Source: Octopus sinensis
Lineage: Eukaryota
Length of the DNA stretch: 64,000 bases
Direction: 5' to 3'
Assembly: GCF_006345805.1 (NCBI RefSeq)
Contig: NC_043010.1
Location: forward strand, 3,782,001 to 3,846,000
In this document: positions 48,301 through 61,115 of the stretch, piece by piece
How positions within the stretch are numbered: position 1 is the first letter of the stretch
Layout: each line of letters opens with the position of its first letter
The notes under the pieces: model-generated
Told to the model about the DNA's origin: nothing
What the model saw: the letters and a program-made list of their open reading frames with translations, nothing else
Database searches by the model: none
Program-made: the position numbers and the translations under genes

Positions 48301-51300
48301 ATCAATAAGTGTTATTTAGATCTTCAGCAAAGAATATTGACTAAGTATAAATTGCAATAATGTCTTTCCTGTTGTTGTTGTTATTATTACATAAAAAAAT
48401 TGTCTTTGGTAAATTCAATAACTTAGATGAGGTATTTATTATTCTCTTTCCACCAGAAAGTATTCAAAATAAAGTTATAACACTATTATTATAGTTTGAT
48501 GTTCAGTTTCTGAAATGTCTTCTTTTATTCTTCCCTACAAAAATGATATATCAATTACCAAATGTTGCTTACTATGACACTATGGTAGAAATAATACATT
48601 GGAATAGTTTTTTTTTTTTTTTGTTGCTTCCTCATGACAAGCATAGAATCAGAAGCTTTTAAGGATATATGAGGGTTGTGATGTTTATGAATTTTCCCCC
48701 AAAATCATCTTTTAAAGGGCAAGAAATAGCTTCAATCTGGAATGGAACAGGTTAAATAGAATTTGACTCACCAGGCGTTTACCAGTATTCTATAGCATTT
48801 GTACATTTAATTTTTACTACAATATATTAACTGAAGTAAATTTCTTTTCACAAATATTTCTTTTATTTTGAACTTTTTTTACTAGTAACTCACAGCCTGT
48901 TAAGTTTCTTTCCAATTTTAAGCATAGTGGTGAATATATAGCAGTTTGTATATACTGAGCTGTGACCTATGGTGGAGACACTTTGACTGCACTTGCTTAG
49001 CTCGCCTAAATGTAATTACGTGCTTTATGAATGCACTACTCACATTTCAAAGTTGTAGCAGTATACGTAATTGATGAGTATTTCCTTAGATTGTAATACC
49101 TAGTTTAAAATTGTCTCTTGAGAATAGCTTGTAATGGGTCAGGCTCCATGAGTCTGATTAGTTTGGACATACTGTTGTGTGTGTGTGTGTGTGTATTGTT
49201 AAAAGGAAAGGGCAGAGCTTGTTAATGTATACGGAGACCCCATGACTGGCAGAGGTGAGAGAGGATTATCCTCAAACAAGAGACCTGGCCCAAATGCTTG
49301 CAACAAAGTGGACACAGCAGAAGGTAAACAAGGTACCAGGTTGTGATGTTTAACTGGCTGCCAAATTATGTGTACCACCTAAGTAGGTCTTGGTGGGGTT
49401 TGAACTCAGAAGGCAAATATCCCAAATAAAACACAACATATCCTTCCACTACACAAACAGTTTAACCACTCTGTACCCCTGGAGTAGTACTTTATTTTAT
49501 AAACCTCAGAAGGATAAAAGGCAAAGTTGATCTTGGCTGGATATGAATTCTGAACATAAGGTACTAGAATAAATATAATGTTTTTCACCTTTTAATGACT
49601 CAGCCAATTCACAACCAACATCTGAACAAGCTGGTCTTGTGGAAAGGACTTGGAAATGGCTTGGCTTGAAACATTAAAATTTAAGTCTTCTCATTGTATA
49701 TGTTTTCTCAAAATTAAACAAACAAATGAAATTAATTAAATTTGAGTCAGTTTTACTAGAAAGAACATGCAACCACTAAAACGGGACAAAATATGATGAA
49801 ATAATTTCTGTACCTTCCAAATTTAAACTTCAAAAGAATACTCTGACCTTGGCAGATGAAAAAACATGAACTGAAAAATTTTGATGGTATTCTATTTCTT
49901 TATGCGATTTTACTTTTCTTTTTCATTTTACTCTTTACTTGATTTAAAATGAAAAAATATCCTGAATATACAACTTACAATTCAGGGATAATCTGTTAGC
50001 TTATACTGATAAAAACAAACATGCAGAAGCATGTTTAGAGATATCATTATAGAAGGAAATATGAAATTTTAAATAAATTTTAGATTTAATTAAATAAACA
50101 TAACATATGGAGGAAAAAATTTTCTTTTTTACTTTATCACGTGCTTCACTATCTTACACCAAAAGAATTGGAACAGCTCAATCATATTGCTCTCATGAGA
50201 AATATAGAAAGTAACAACCAACACAGGAATTTTGACTGCATGACAATGGTCATGGGATGTTGAAATAAAAGACAAATCATCATGATTCTTCAGTAGAAGA
50301 AGAATGTACCATATGTGTATGTCCAACTCACATTTTACGATGCACAAACACTGACAAAAAACAGAAAAAGAGCCAGAAAACAGTATTCTTTTCTCATACC
50401 ACTTGAAATGATTATTTTCAAGAAATCTTAATATCAATTATATCTAATTCTCTGTTGGATTTAATAAAAGAAAGCAGTCTCTTGTATTCATTACAATTTC
50501 ATAGTAGTTATTATAAGAGAGACAAAAAAGAATTTTCTCAAAGTAACATGTAGATAAATGGTCCATATGGGGACTTTGTTGGACATAACACAACTTTTAA
50601 TTTCTTTATCAAATATTCAACTTAATTTTACTTTTGAGACCCAAACACTATATTTTTCCAGTTTGATACACAACTTTAAGTGTTCAGTTGAGTAGCTTAT
50701 TAATTAACTTGTCAGAAAGCACCAAAATTAATGACTATAAATTTAAATGGCATCACATTTTTCTGGGTCTACAAGACATTTTATCGTATAGTTATATTTG
50801 ATATGATAAACTGATAAACTTCAGTTTATATTATTCGGTCTTATTTTATCAAAAACAAAATGGAACTACTTAATCAGTATATTGCAAAGAATTTGGTTTT
50901 ATAATCCGTCATCTTCGTCATTTTTATGTCCACTTGTTCCATACTAGTATGAATTGGTTCAGACTTTATTGAGACAATATTCTATGGCCAGGTGCCCTTT
51001 CTGCTACCATTCTTTAAATTGTTTCCAAGTAAGAGTTGACAATGAATCAAATAACTGCTAGACATGTTTTTACAAAAGTAAACGTTGACATCACTTAAGT
51101 AGTGACATTGTTTTACACTTTAAGCATGTAAACAGAAAAAAAGACACACACGCATGGACACACAGCAGATTTCTATTCACTTTATGTTTAACAATTCAAA
51201 AACTATTGGTCAGCTCGAGGTTTAGTTGAGGACATTTTCCCACTGTCTCAGAGCAGGAATAAATCTACAACTTTGTGATCACTAAGTGAATTTCTTAACC

Positions 51301-51780
51301 ACATTTGTATGTTTCTGGGACATTATTTCACCAGCAACAATTGATTGTACAATCAGCACCAAAAGATTGTTTCAATTCATGCTACAGCTTTAATTTGCAT
51401 CTTCTATAAACTTCTAATTATTTTTAAGAAATCATGTTATTACATGCTAAGTGTGCGTGTGTGTGTATAAGGTCCTGGCACTTACAAGGCTAACAAAAAA
51501 ACTTGATATTTGTTCAAATCAAAATTCCCTTAGAAAGAACTGGACTCACTCTACAATCTAATAAACTACATTAGATGAACGCTTGATATGATGAGTTGTT
51601 GTTCCACCCAGATACTAGCAGTACCTAGGTGGTCTTGGCTATGTGAGAGTCAAATATCCTGGTTAGGAACACATCATAGTGCTATTGTCAGGATGAAAAC
51701 TGCTAACTTCTTGACTAGTCATCTGCTATTCTATCCATTTCAATGTCTGTGCTTTCTGTTAAAGATACTTGTAAAGAATG

Positions 51781-51822
<42 letters not shown>

Positions 51823-51829
51823 TACATAT

Positions 51830-52260
51830 TCAAAAGTACCTTGGATTGTAGGGCGACCTGCTGTTCTTGAGGAGACCTATTGAGTCAAGTACATCAACAT
51901 CAAAATGAAAATCAAATGAAATTTGTAGTTGTGATATCCGTGCTGGTGGCATGTAAAAAGCACCATCTGAACATGGCCGATACCAGTGACGCCTTGACAG
52001 GTTTCCATGCCGGTGGCACGTAAAAAGCACCGACTGATTGTGGCCATTGCCAGCCTCCCCTGGCCCCTGTGCTGGTGGCACGTAAAAAGCACCCACTATA
52101 CTCACGGAGTGGTTGGCGTTAGGAAGGGCATCCAGCTGTAGAAACACTGCCAGATCAGACTGGAGCCTGGTGCAGCCTCCTGGCTTCCCAGATCCCCATC
52201 GAACCGTCCAACCCATGCAAGCATGGAAAACGGACGTTAAATGATGGTGATGATGATGAT
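51830..52260 (+). mobile_element. RTE-type LINE 3' end with three conserved 24-bp blocks and a (GAT)n tail
   Basis: AVLEET* ORF end, tgc(t/c)ggtggca(c/t)gtaaaaagcacc x3, ggcgttaggaagggcatccagctgtagaaac, gcatggaaaacggacgttaaatgatg. Confidence 0.85.
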
Positions 52261-53439
52261 ATATTTATGAAAGTAAGACTGATTCATTCTAATCTAGTGC
52301 ATTAGTATTTTTGCCACTTAATCTTCGTTCCACTGTTTATATTTACAAGAATGTAAATCTAAAAATATGAATTAAGGTATTAGTCTTCAACTTTTCACAA
52401 AACCGCTGTGTGAACCATTTTGATCAAAACTAGAAAGTAAAACTATGTCACACACATTCAAATACATGCATGAGCATACATACACATACGTTTTCGAATG
52501 AACAGTGTAAAATACAAAATATTTGTATAGATTTATAGTCTGGCATACTATTTCTTTTCAAAGAACTCTGTTTATTTTACATTAAGAAAGATATTTGGTT
52601 ACAACAATAATGCAAAATAAATGACTGAGGAATTTCTTCAATATAAAAATCATAAAACCATTTTAATCAATAACAAATTTAAAAACTAAATAAGAAATAT
52701 CATATTTTATGCCTGGCTTTACTCTTCATATTTCAGGATGTCAATATTAATAGCAAGGTTAAACTTTTCACTTTTGTGAGATTTATTAATTTATTATTAT
52801 GTAAAGTATTAATTTTCTGCAAATGAGCAATGAATATATATGCATTTTTAATGAAGAAAATTCAGTTTAAACTACCTAAAATACATTTTGGATTTAAATG
52901 TTTTCCTTCGTTTGTTAATATTTTATGAAAGCAAATAACGCATTCATAACAATTAGTGGTATTTCAATTTTAAAGAAAGGGTCACTGAAAAATCACCAAT
53001 CATACATTTTATTTCTTTCCATATATTTGTGATACCTTCTGGCTGTTCTATTTTGCATTATATACAAAAATACATTCACAAAGATATCTTAAATATATAT
53101 ATATAAAAAAAAAAAAAAAGAATAGGATACTTATAGCACATCAAAGAAATAACACATCAAAGAAATTTGTATTAAAGAATTATATCTGGCATTACTATAT
53201 TTTCTCAGAAATAAGCTGGATTTTAAAAAAAGAATTTTCATTATCAAACTTGTTTTTCAGAAAGTATCTTTAGATTTCTGTCTTAGTTTCACCTCTATTA
53301 TCATTTTGCTACCTTTCCTTTATCTTACTCTCCAATTTTTGGTCTTCTTTATTGATATTATTGCATTGTTTTTATTTTTATCCCATGCTGCCTAATTTGG
53401 TTTCAAGTTGATGAATTAGCAGAATTATTATTGTGTTCG

Positions 53440-53770
53440 CTAGAATGCCTTCATTCTCTGCTCTCTGCACTGTAAGTTCGAATCCCACAGAGGTCATCTT
53501 TGCCTTTCAACCTTTCAGGATTGTTAAATAAAATATCAGCATTGGGATTGATTTCCCCACCCAACTCCTTCTTTCCCTTTCTGTTTCTCTTTCTCTCTCT
53601 GATTCAGAGCTCCAACCCTGTTTCAGCCTAAGAATTATGAAAAGAATATATGGTGTGTGGGGAATACTCTGCCAATTACATGTTAATTTCATGAGCAGGA
53701 ATTCATTTGGCTCTATGGCTGAACACTGAAGAATTTACCAGCTTGGTTCTATGAACTTACTAACACTGTT
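53440..53770 (+). mobile_element. Old SINE with a Nin-like core and a family-C-like 3' part
   Basis: gttcgaatccc box B, gcctttcaacctttc core, ttaatttcatgagcagg. Confidence 0.55.
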
Positions 53771-55789
53771 TAGCTAATTCTGGATTATGCACAATATAAA
53801 ATATATGAAGTGTCTCAGACAATGGTATTTCTGGTGAAATTGACAAACTGTTATCTAGTATCTGTGTATATTATCTTAGAATAATTTGCATATAGTAGTT
53901 GCTGTTTAGTCTCAGGTTAACCTTCATTGAACAAATGAGAGATATTTCTGCTATGACTATTCAATCTTTTTATTATACCTAAGAGATTTATCTAATGTGT
54001 CCTGATATTTTAAAGACATTAAGATGGGAATAAGGGGAATTTGGCTGGTATTTCAGCTATTTCACACTGTAACAGAATGCAAGAAAAGTAGGTAGGTTAG
54101 ACACTGCTTTTGCAGTTGAAACGAAGCAGAAAAAAGCCTATAGTGGTTCAGTCATTATAGCACTAGGACTAATACCTCATTTGACCTCCTGTTGGAAATA
54201 ACTGAATATGATTATTACAAACACTGAACACAAAGAAACTAACCACAGCTATGGTGGCAAGACAATGTCTAAGCTCTGATATTTGTTTGTTGTTTGAGAA
54301 AAGTTGTCATTTTTAAAACTTATAATGTAAAAATGGTGCTCATAAATGGGGTATTTTATAGTGTCATATTACTGTAGTCCTTAGACATAAGTACTTGTTA
54401 ACAGATTATCTTGAACTTGAGTTAATGACTATAGAAAAAAATTAAGATACTAGTAATTCAATTAATGGAAAGAAAAAAATTATGAAGTAATTTTTATATA
54501 AAGTAATGTAAAGCTTTGTAGTTAGTGGGTTAGTGGCAATTGCAGTCTGAATGAAAACAGTAAGAAATGGACTTTAACTGAATTACAATGCTAAGCATAA
54601 AAATTGTATTGTTTGAAATAAATGGAGTAGAATAAACTGAAGAGATAAAATACTATTTACTTGGTTAGATCAGAAAAGAAGCAGAATGACAATATCTCAC
54701 ACTGTTTTAGATCACTGAATTCTTCTAGACATTTGAACTTTGTTGTAACCAGAGATTCATAGGTCATAATCTAAGACAGTTGTTTGACTTAAGGCAAGAT
54801 GTGGTAATCAATGATATAGTTCAAGGAGTTTGATAAATGATCAGAGAGGCTAGAAATGACAAAAGATCTTGGTCTTTATAATCTTCCTTACAGAATCTAT
54901 AAAGATAAAGATAACAGCTAAACTTTACAGTGAGGACTGGATTCATATTAATTTGATTGGTACAAGAATGACCACATTGTTGCATAAAGATGTGAGGAAT
55001 GGGCATGCAGTTTTAGTCTGTTAACAAAACTGTGGAGAATGTTTGTGCAAAATGTGTCTTTGGTGCATTCTTTGAATGGTGAGTTTGAATATTCTTGTTT
55101 GAATATCAATGAAGAGGTTTCATCTAATTTATCAAGTTGCTATTATATCTGCAGAACAGACTTAGATTTTCATTATAAATCTTCTAGATTATCACTTTTT
55201 AGTTCATAGTAAAAGAAAAGGAGACTGATTTTGTAATTTGATCACTCCTTCTTTTTAATCTGGCTTGTCTGATATTTAGTATGGTAGGATATTTAAGGTG
55301 AACGGCAACAGTGAGTCACTTCATGAAATGTCTCTCCCTACTTCTGTGTATTTTAACATAAGTTAGCAACTAGCACAATATATGGCTTGTATACCACATG
55401 TGGCTAACTGGCAATCGCTATGCAGCTTATAATCAATTTGGAAATAATATTCTTGTATTTTTCTTTCTTTATTTTTTTAACTACTTATATATAAACACAT
55501 AACAGGGAAAATGTAGTATCAAAACTAAAAATCCAACCACTCCTCCTTGTCCTGTAGTCATAATTCATAATTAATAGAAATATTCTAAACATTCATATAT
55601 TTTGAGAATTTACTGAAGCCTGCAGCATTTTTATTAAAACAGTATGGTCCTTGCTGCTTTCTAAACTGTGCAGGCTTGTTGTAATGTCATTTCTTCAATA
55701 TATCATCATCATTGTCATCATCATCATTAATGATAATAATCATAATGATACTAGTAACACTTTCTAATCTTGAATTGCTGGCCTTGTGC

Positions 55790-55984
55790 CAGCAATTTAA
55801 GATGAAGGAGCCAGTTATTTTCACTGACCCCGGTACTTGACTGGTACTTCTGTTATTGATCACGGAAAGATGAAAAGCAAAGTTGATCTCAGTGGAATTT
55901 TAAGCCAGAACATAAAATATCCAGAGGAAATGCCTCTAAGCCTTTCTGTCTGATGCACTAACGATCTGCTAGTATGCTGTCTTC

Positions 55985-56020
<36 letters not shown>
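55790..56020 (-). mobile_element. A2 SINE plus (TAA)n
   Basis: Reverse-complement core cttgactggtac...gatgaaaagcaaagttgatctc, then (TAA)n at 55987-56020. Confidence 0.75.
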
Positions 56021-56021
<1 letters not shown>

Positions 56022-56755
56022 ATTTTCCATTTATCATCAATGTTGGAAACTTGCTTGTTGGTCCATGTATTCCCTGCATTGCTTAGTTTGATGTTGAATA
56101 CAAAATTTGTTGCATACAATTTTCGTTTCTCATCAACATTGGACGGCTTGCTGACTCTCTCCATCTCACTTCAGAATAGTGCTACATATTTAAATATTCA
56201 TATTTTTTTTATTTTTCCACTTGGCCCTATGGTTGCAATTTGGACTAACGATATTGTATGCAGGAATCTAAGGACTAAGTTAAATTGTTTGTTTACTTCT
56301 TTTGCATGTATAATAACTGTAAAAAGACATTTTCAGATGATAAGTTGTTTCTACTTTGTTCTGCTTATATTTCCAACATTGAAAACTTGCTTGTTTTGGT
56401 GAAGCACCCACCCAATCCTGCCGCCCCTGCCACCTGTACCAGAAATCTTGATAAAGATTGAGGTAAAGATGATAGAAATAGTGACAGTGGGAGTAATGGT
56501 GGGATTGGTAGTGATAAGTGAAAATAATAATTACAGTGGTAGTAGTAATGATGAAGATGGTAATAATAATATTGATAAAGAAGATGAAGGTAAATGTGTT
56601 AAACCTAGCAGTGATGGAGGGAAGTGGCATGGCGGAGGACCATGAGTTGTATATTTTGTAAATTTCTTATTGTGATGGCATGGAGGGAATGTCTGGCAAG
56701 CTTCTGCTGTTGGTGAATGTATGCTGTTATTAGGTATCAAATAAACACACTATTT

Positions 56756-56972
56756 AAGGCGGTGAGCTGGCAGAAACGTTAGCACGCCGGGCAAAATGCG
56801 TAGCTGTATTTCGTCTGTCATTACGTTCTGAGTTCAAATTCCGCCGAGGTCCACTTTGCCTTTCATCCTTTCGAAATCGATAAATTAAGTACCAGTTACG
56901 CACTGGGGTCGATGTAATCAGCTTAATCCCTTTGTCTGTCTTTGTTTGTCTCCTCTATGTTTAGCCCCTGTG
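56756..56972 (+). mobile_element. A1 SINE, young
   Basis: Full consensus. TSD taaacacacta. Confidence 0.9.
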
Positions 56973-58684
56973 TAAACACACTAATAGTCAGATAGTTGGT
57001 GACTAAATTGGCAAACTCACCCAACATGCTTGATGAGGAGGGTTGTAGATGGATACTGTGTGGGAAAAAAAACAAGACCTGTAAAAGAATGAATGAACTC
57101 ATACAGCTCAACGTCTATGAGGGTAGGTGTAGACTTTGGGCCTTGGTTGGCAATCCACCTAGCGATGGTGTCATGATAAAATTACTGGTGATTGCACAAC
57201 CATATAAATGCTACCTCAAAATGAGTGGTGCCATTGTCAAGTAATAAGCATAAATGCATTAATGGAACTGTTAACAGGAAAGGAGTGTCTGAGCAAGCTC
57301 CAGCAGGTTGTCATCAGCCCATTGATCAGAATCAAAGTGAAAAGTGCAGAGGGAGAAAAGGAAATGGGGAAAACAGGTTGTGATTGAATGTTAGCTGAGA
57401 TGTGAGCCAAATAAAAGAGGTTTCAGGAAACAAATGAAGAGAATATGGGATGAAAAGAGAGTTTTTGAAGCTTCCACCCAACAATTGATAGAGCAAGCAA
57501 GAATAATTCATATAAATGATTGGATTACAGGATTAGACATTGAAGAAATTCAAAGAAGGATAAAAGATTAACAGGAAGAGTGTAAAACAGTAGCAAAAAG
57601 TAGAAATGAAGGAATAAAAGATGAAGAAAATGAAAAAGGTAAAAAATCCCTATGTGATCCCTGAGAATGATGATGAAGTAAATAGTGAAGGTGATTTAGC
57701 AGGACAGGTGACAGTAAAGGTTGCATTGGGGGTGAACAATTATGAGAAGGTGATTCTAGAAATGCTGCTCTTTAAAATGTTTGGTGTGAACGATGAAGTG
57801 CCACCAAATATAAAGGAAAGTAAAGAGAACCACAGGTGAAGTAAATGGTGTTTTGAGCTTGTTAAAACAGGAGACATTAGGGAAACAAACAGGTCAATCA
57901 TAGCTGCCGCTACTGTTGCAGCTGACATAATAGGATGTGAGTGGAAGACTGTTGAAGAAAAGAAGGGGAAATAAAAGAAAGAACCAAACTGGAGGAAGGG
58001 AACAGGAACGAAGTTGAAAAAGACACAGAAATGGGGAAATTAAATGGGATAATGAAAGGGAAAGTCAAGAATGAAGTAGTAATCAGAAAATTGAATTGAC
58101 AGTACAGATTTAAAGAAAGGGGAAAGCAAATTGTGTTTGAAGAATTGTCACAAAGGGTGACGGCCTTAAAGGCTATATTGAAAAGATATGATATAAGATG
58201 CAAATGTTTTGCACAGAATAAGTTGTTTCAGTGAATTAGAAGGCAACGTTTTGGAGGAAATAGAGGGGAACAACACCAGGAAGTGATTCCTGATGTGGAA
58301 GAAAGTTAAGTATTTTAGGGAGTCCTTTGAAACGAGTCAGTGAAACATAGGGGCAATGCAGAGTGTTTAACTCAGTTGGAGAGACAATATGCGACTGTAC
58401 AAAGACAAAGGGTCATCAGAATTGATCTGTATTCAATGAGACTGAAATTGAAAAGAAATTGGAAATTGGAAAAGATCTGACCTGGATGGAATACAAGGAA
58501 TATTGGTTGGAGAATTCTACACAGTTGCATGAAAGGATTACTGCTCAACTAGATGAATGCCTGCAGCAGGAACATGTCCCTACCTGGATAAGTGGACGAG
58601 CACTGTTATGTTCCCAAGGACCCATGAAAGATAAATTAGTCAGCTTTATACCTATTAGGTAATGCTATTCTATATTTCTGAGAT

Positions 58685-58916
58685 AAGGTGGCGAGCTGGC
58701 TGAAACGTTAGCACGCCAGGCGAAATGCTTTGCAGTATTTCGTCCGCCGCTGCGTTCTGAGTTCAAATTCCACCGAGGTCAACTTTACTTTTCATCCTTT
58801 CGGGGTCGATAAATTAAGTACCAGTTACGCACTGGGGTCGATGTAATCGACTTAATATGTTTGTCTGTCCTTGTTTGTCCCCTCTATGTTTAGCCCCTTG
58901 TGGGTAGTAAAGAAAT
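58685..58916 (+). mobile_element. A1 SINE nested in the R4 element
   Basis: Full consensus. ~17-bp TSD tatattt(c/t)tgagataag. Confidence 0.92.
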
Positions 58917-59552
58917 ATATATTTTTGAGATAAGTATAATTAATGTACATAATTCTTCATCTCAGATAAATTAGTATCAAATTTTCAACTTATAACTTGT
59001 TTACTACTTAAGTGGAAGCTTATGACAGGTGTCTTGGCAGAGAAATTATATAATAATGTGGAACGTAACAATTTACATCCAGCAGAACAAAAAGGATGCA
59101 GGAAGCAAAGTAGGACAACTAAAGACCAGTTATTAGTTGATAAAAGGAGGATTAGAAATTGTAGATGAAGTTTGATGAGATTGAATGTAGTAGGGTTGGA
59201 TTACAGAAAAGCATATGGCATGGTGCCACACAGTTGGGTAAGTAAAACAATGAGGATGTTTGGAGTGGCAGAAAATATGGAGAAAATGGTTAATGAAAAT
59301 ATGAAACATTGGAATGCTGAATTGATTGGAGGAAAAGAAAGACTTGGGAAATGGAGGTAAGGTGATAGCTTACCTCCATTACTATTTGTGTTGATCATTA
59401 TTCTGCTCAGTTTGATATTACTAGAAACCAAAATAGCTGATAATTTGGGAAAAAAGATATGATCAGATAAGTTACCTCCTTTTTATGGATGATACAAAGC
59501 TTTATGCGGAAAACGAGAAGCAACTTGAAAGTCTTGAACCTAGGTTTTTTTT

Positions 59553-59958
59553 ATTTTACTTTTTCTTTTACTTGTTTCAGTCATTTGACTGCGGCCATGC
59601 TGGAGCACCGCCTTTAGTCGAGCAAATCGACCCTGGGACTTATTCTTTGTAAGCCCAGTACTTATTCTATCGGTCTCTTTTGCCGAACCGCTAAGTGACG
59701 GGGACGTAAACACACCAGCATCGGTTGTCAAGCAATGCTAGGGGGACAAACACAGACACACAAACACACACACATATATATATATACATATATACGACGG
59801 GCTTCTTTCAGTTTCCGTCTACCAAATCCACTCACAAGGCTTTGGTCGGCCCGGGGCTATAGCAGAAGACACTTGCCCAAGATGCCACGCAGTGGGACTG
59901 AACCCAGAACCATGTGGTTGGTTAGCAAGCTACTTACCACACAGCCACTCCTGCGCCT
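59553..59958 (-). mobile_element. Family B SINE, full length and young, inside the R4 RT domain
   Basis: Nearly identical to the reverse complement of 32255-32690. Confidence 0.93.
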
Positions 59959-60849
59959 GTTTGCATTTTCACAAATGATGTAAGTATGGAATTTGGGATT
60001 GAAATAATTATGGATGCATTGTGTGTCCTATTCTCTACTTCACTGTTCTAAGTTCTATTCACGCTGAAGTCAGTCTCAGTGGATAGATATGAGGTGGCCA
60101 AGGGAAAAAGATGTTGATGTCGTCATACACAATATAGTTAAGAAAATAAATCATTAAAAATTTACTAATAAACAATAATTATATGGTGAAGGGAAGAAAA
60201 TCTTAACTCAGAGTTAATTCCAATTTAATCTTATTTTAGCAAGTTTGGGCGACAATTCCTGATATGTTGTACCCTTGGCCTTTTTAAACTTCATTAGGAA
60301 AGCACAGACTTTTCAGTACTTGTCAGATTAAAGATTACAGGAATTACTACATTGATATACAATAACCTACATGAGTAGATGCCAAAAATTATTGTAATAA
60401 TTTAAGGAAATCACCTAGTGACACTTTTGCATGAAAACTAACAGCCAAGTTAATACCATCATAACTTAGTAATATATACATATAGGTAGTATAACTGATT
60501 AAAGTATTGAATTAATTTCTAACACCATGAGACCAAATTTACTACATGCATTTTGTTGTGATTTTGGGGGCAGGATGTCATTCTATAATGTGTGAGTTTA
60601 AAGCACTGCTGGAAATAGGCATCAGATCATCTGAGAATGTCACTTTTGATTGACTAGACTCCTATCCATGGGACAGATGTATATCTCATATCTCATTTTT
60701 ATGCCATAAAACTGCTATATAACTGGCACAACTAGTACTGTCTCTTAAAAAGCTTTTTGGAGCCTAGGAGTTGTTTGTCCCCCCCCTCATCCTTTCCCTT
60801 GGTGGTAAATAAAAGAAATTATCATCATCATCATTATTATTATATTATT

Positions 60850-61050
60850 ATTATTGAGAGAGAGCAGTGCATGCCATCAAAGTGACACTGGGGTAAAATA
60901 TACGAAGCCCAGTATACCCATCATGACTACCCCCGTCTGATAAGGTACACCCGCCCACATGCATCACAACCATTTGCGAAACATGGTGATCTCATATCAA
61001 GATAAACAGCACATGACCTTGCAGGTGGGTCCCAGTTAGAATTTTCGTCT
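60850..61050 (-). mobile_element. Family E 3' fragment flanked by (ATT)n on both sides
   Basis: Reverse complement of 14215-14410. Confidence 0.82.
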
Positions 61051-61064
61051 GGTCGAGTAACTCA

Positions 61065-61115
<51 letters not shown>

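Larger units (their letters stand above)
57300..60010 (+). mobile_element. Decayed R4/Dong-clade LINE ORF (N-terminal domain through RT), interrupted by SINEs
   Basis: N-terminal CEPNKRGFRK.MKRIWDEK...QQLIEQARII. Then ...LHERITAQLDECL..VPTW, EQKGCRKQSRTTKDQLLVD, LDYRKAYGMVPHSW and FMDDTKLYAENEKQLESL, resuming after the 59553 SINE with FTNDVSMEFGIE. The 5' end may extend to the (TAA)n at 56020. Confidence 0.88.

Noticed and set aside
13523-48319. Many ORFs rich in YI, HT, CV, MYVC, N or I runs
   Set aside because: Translations of (TA)n, (CA)n, (TATG)n and (AAT)n microsatellites.
51941-52093. CRISPR-like pattern: three 24-bp repeats with 43/38-nt spacers
   Set aside because: The spacers are mutually homologous, the block is the 3'UTR of an RTE retroelement in a eukaryote, and there are no cas genes.
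56280-56740. ORFs 56280-, 56448+ and 56531- with hydrophobic or low-complexity content
   Set aside because: Derived from degenerate trinucleotide (GAT/AGT/AAT) sequence at the 5' side of the R4 remnant.
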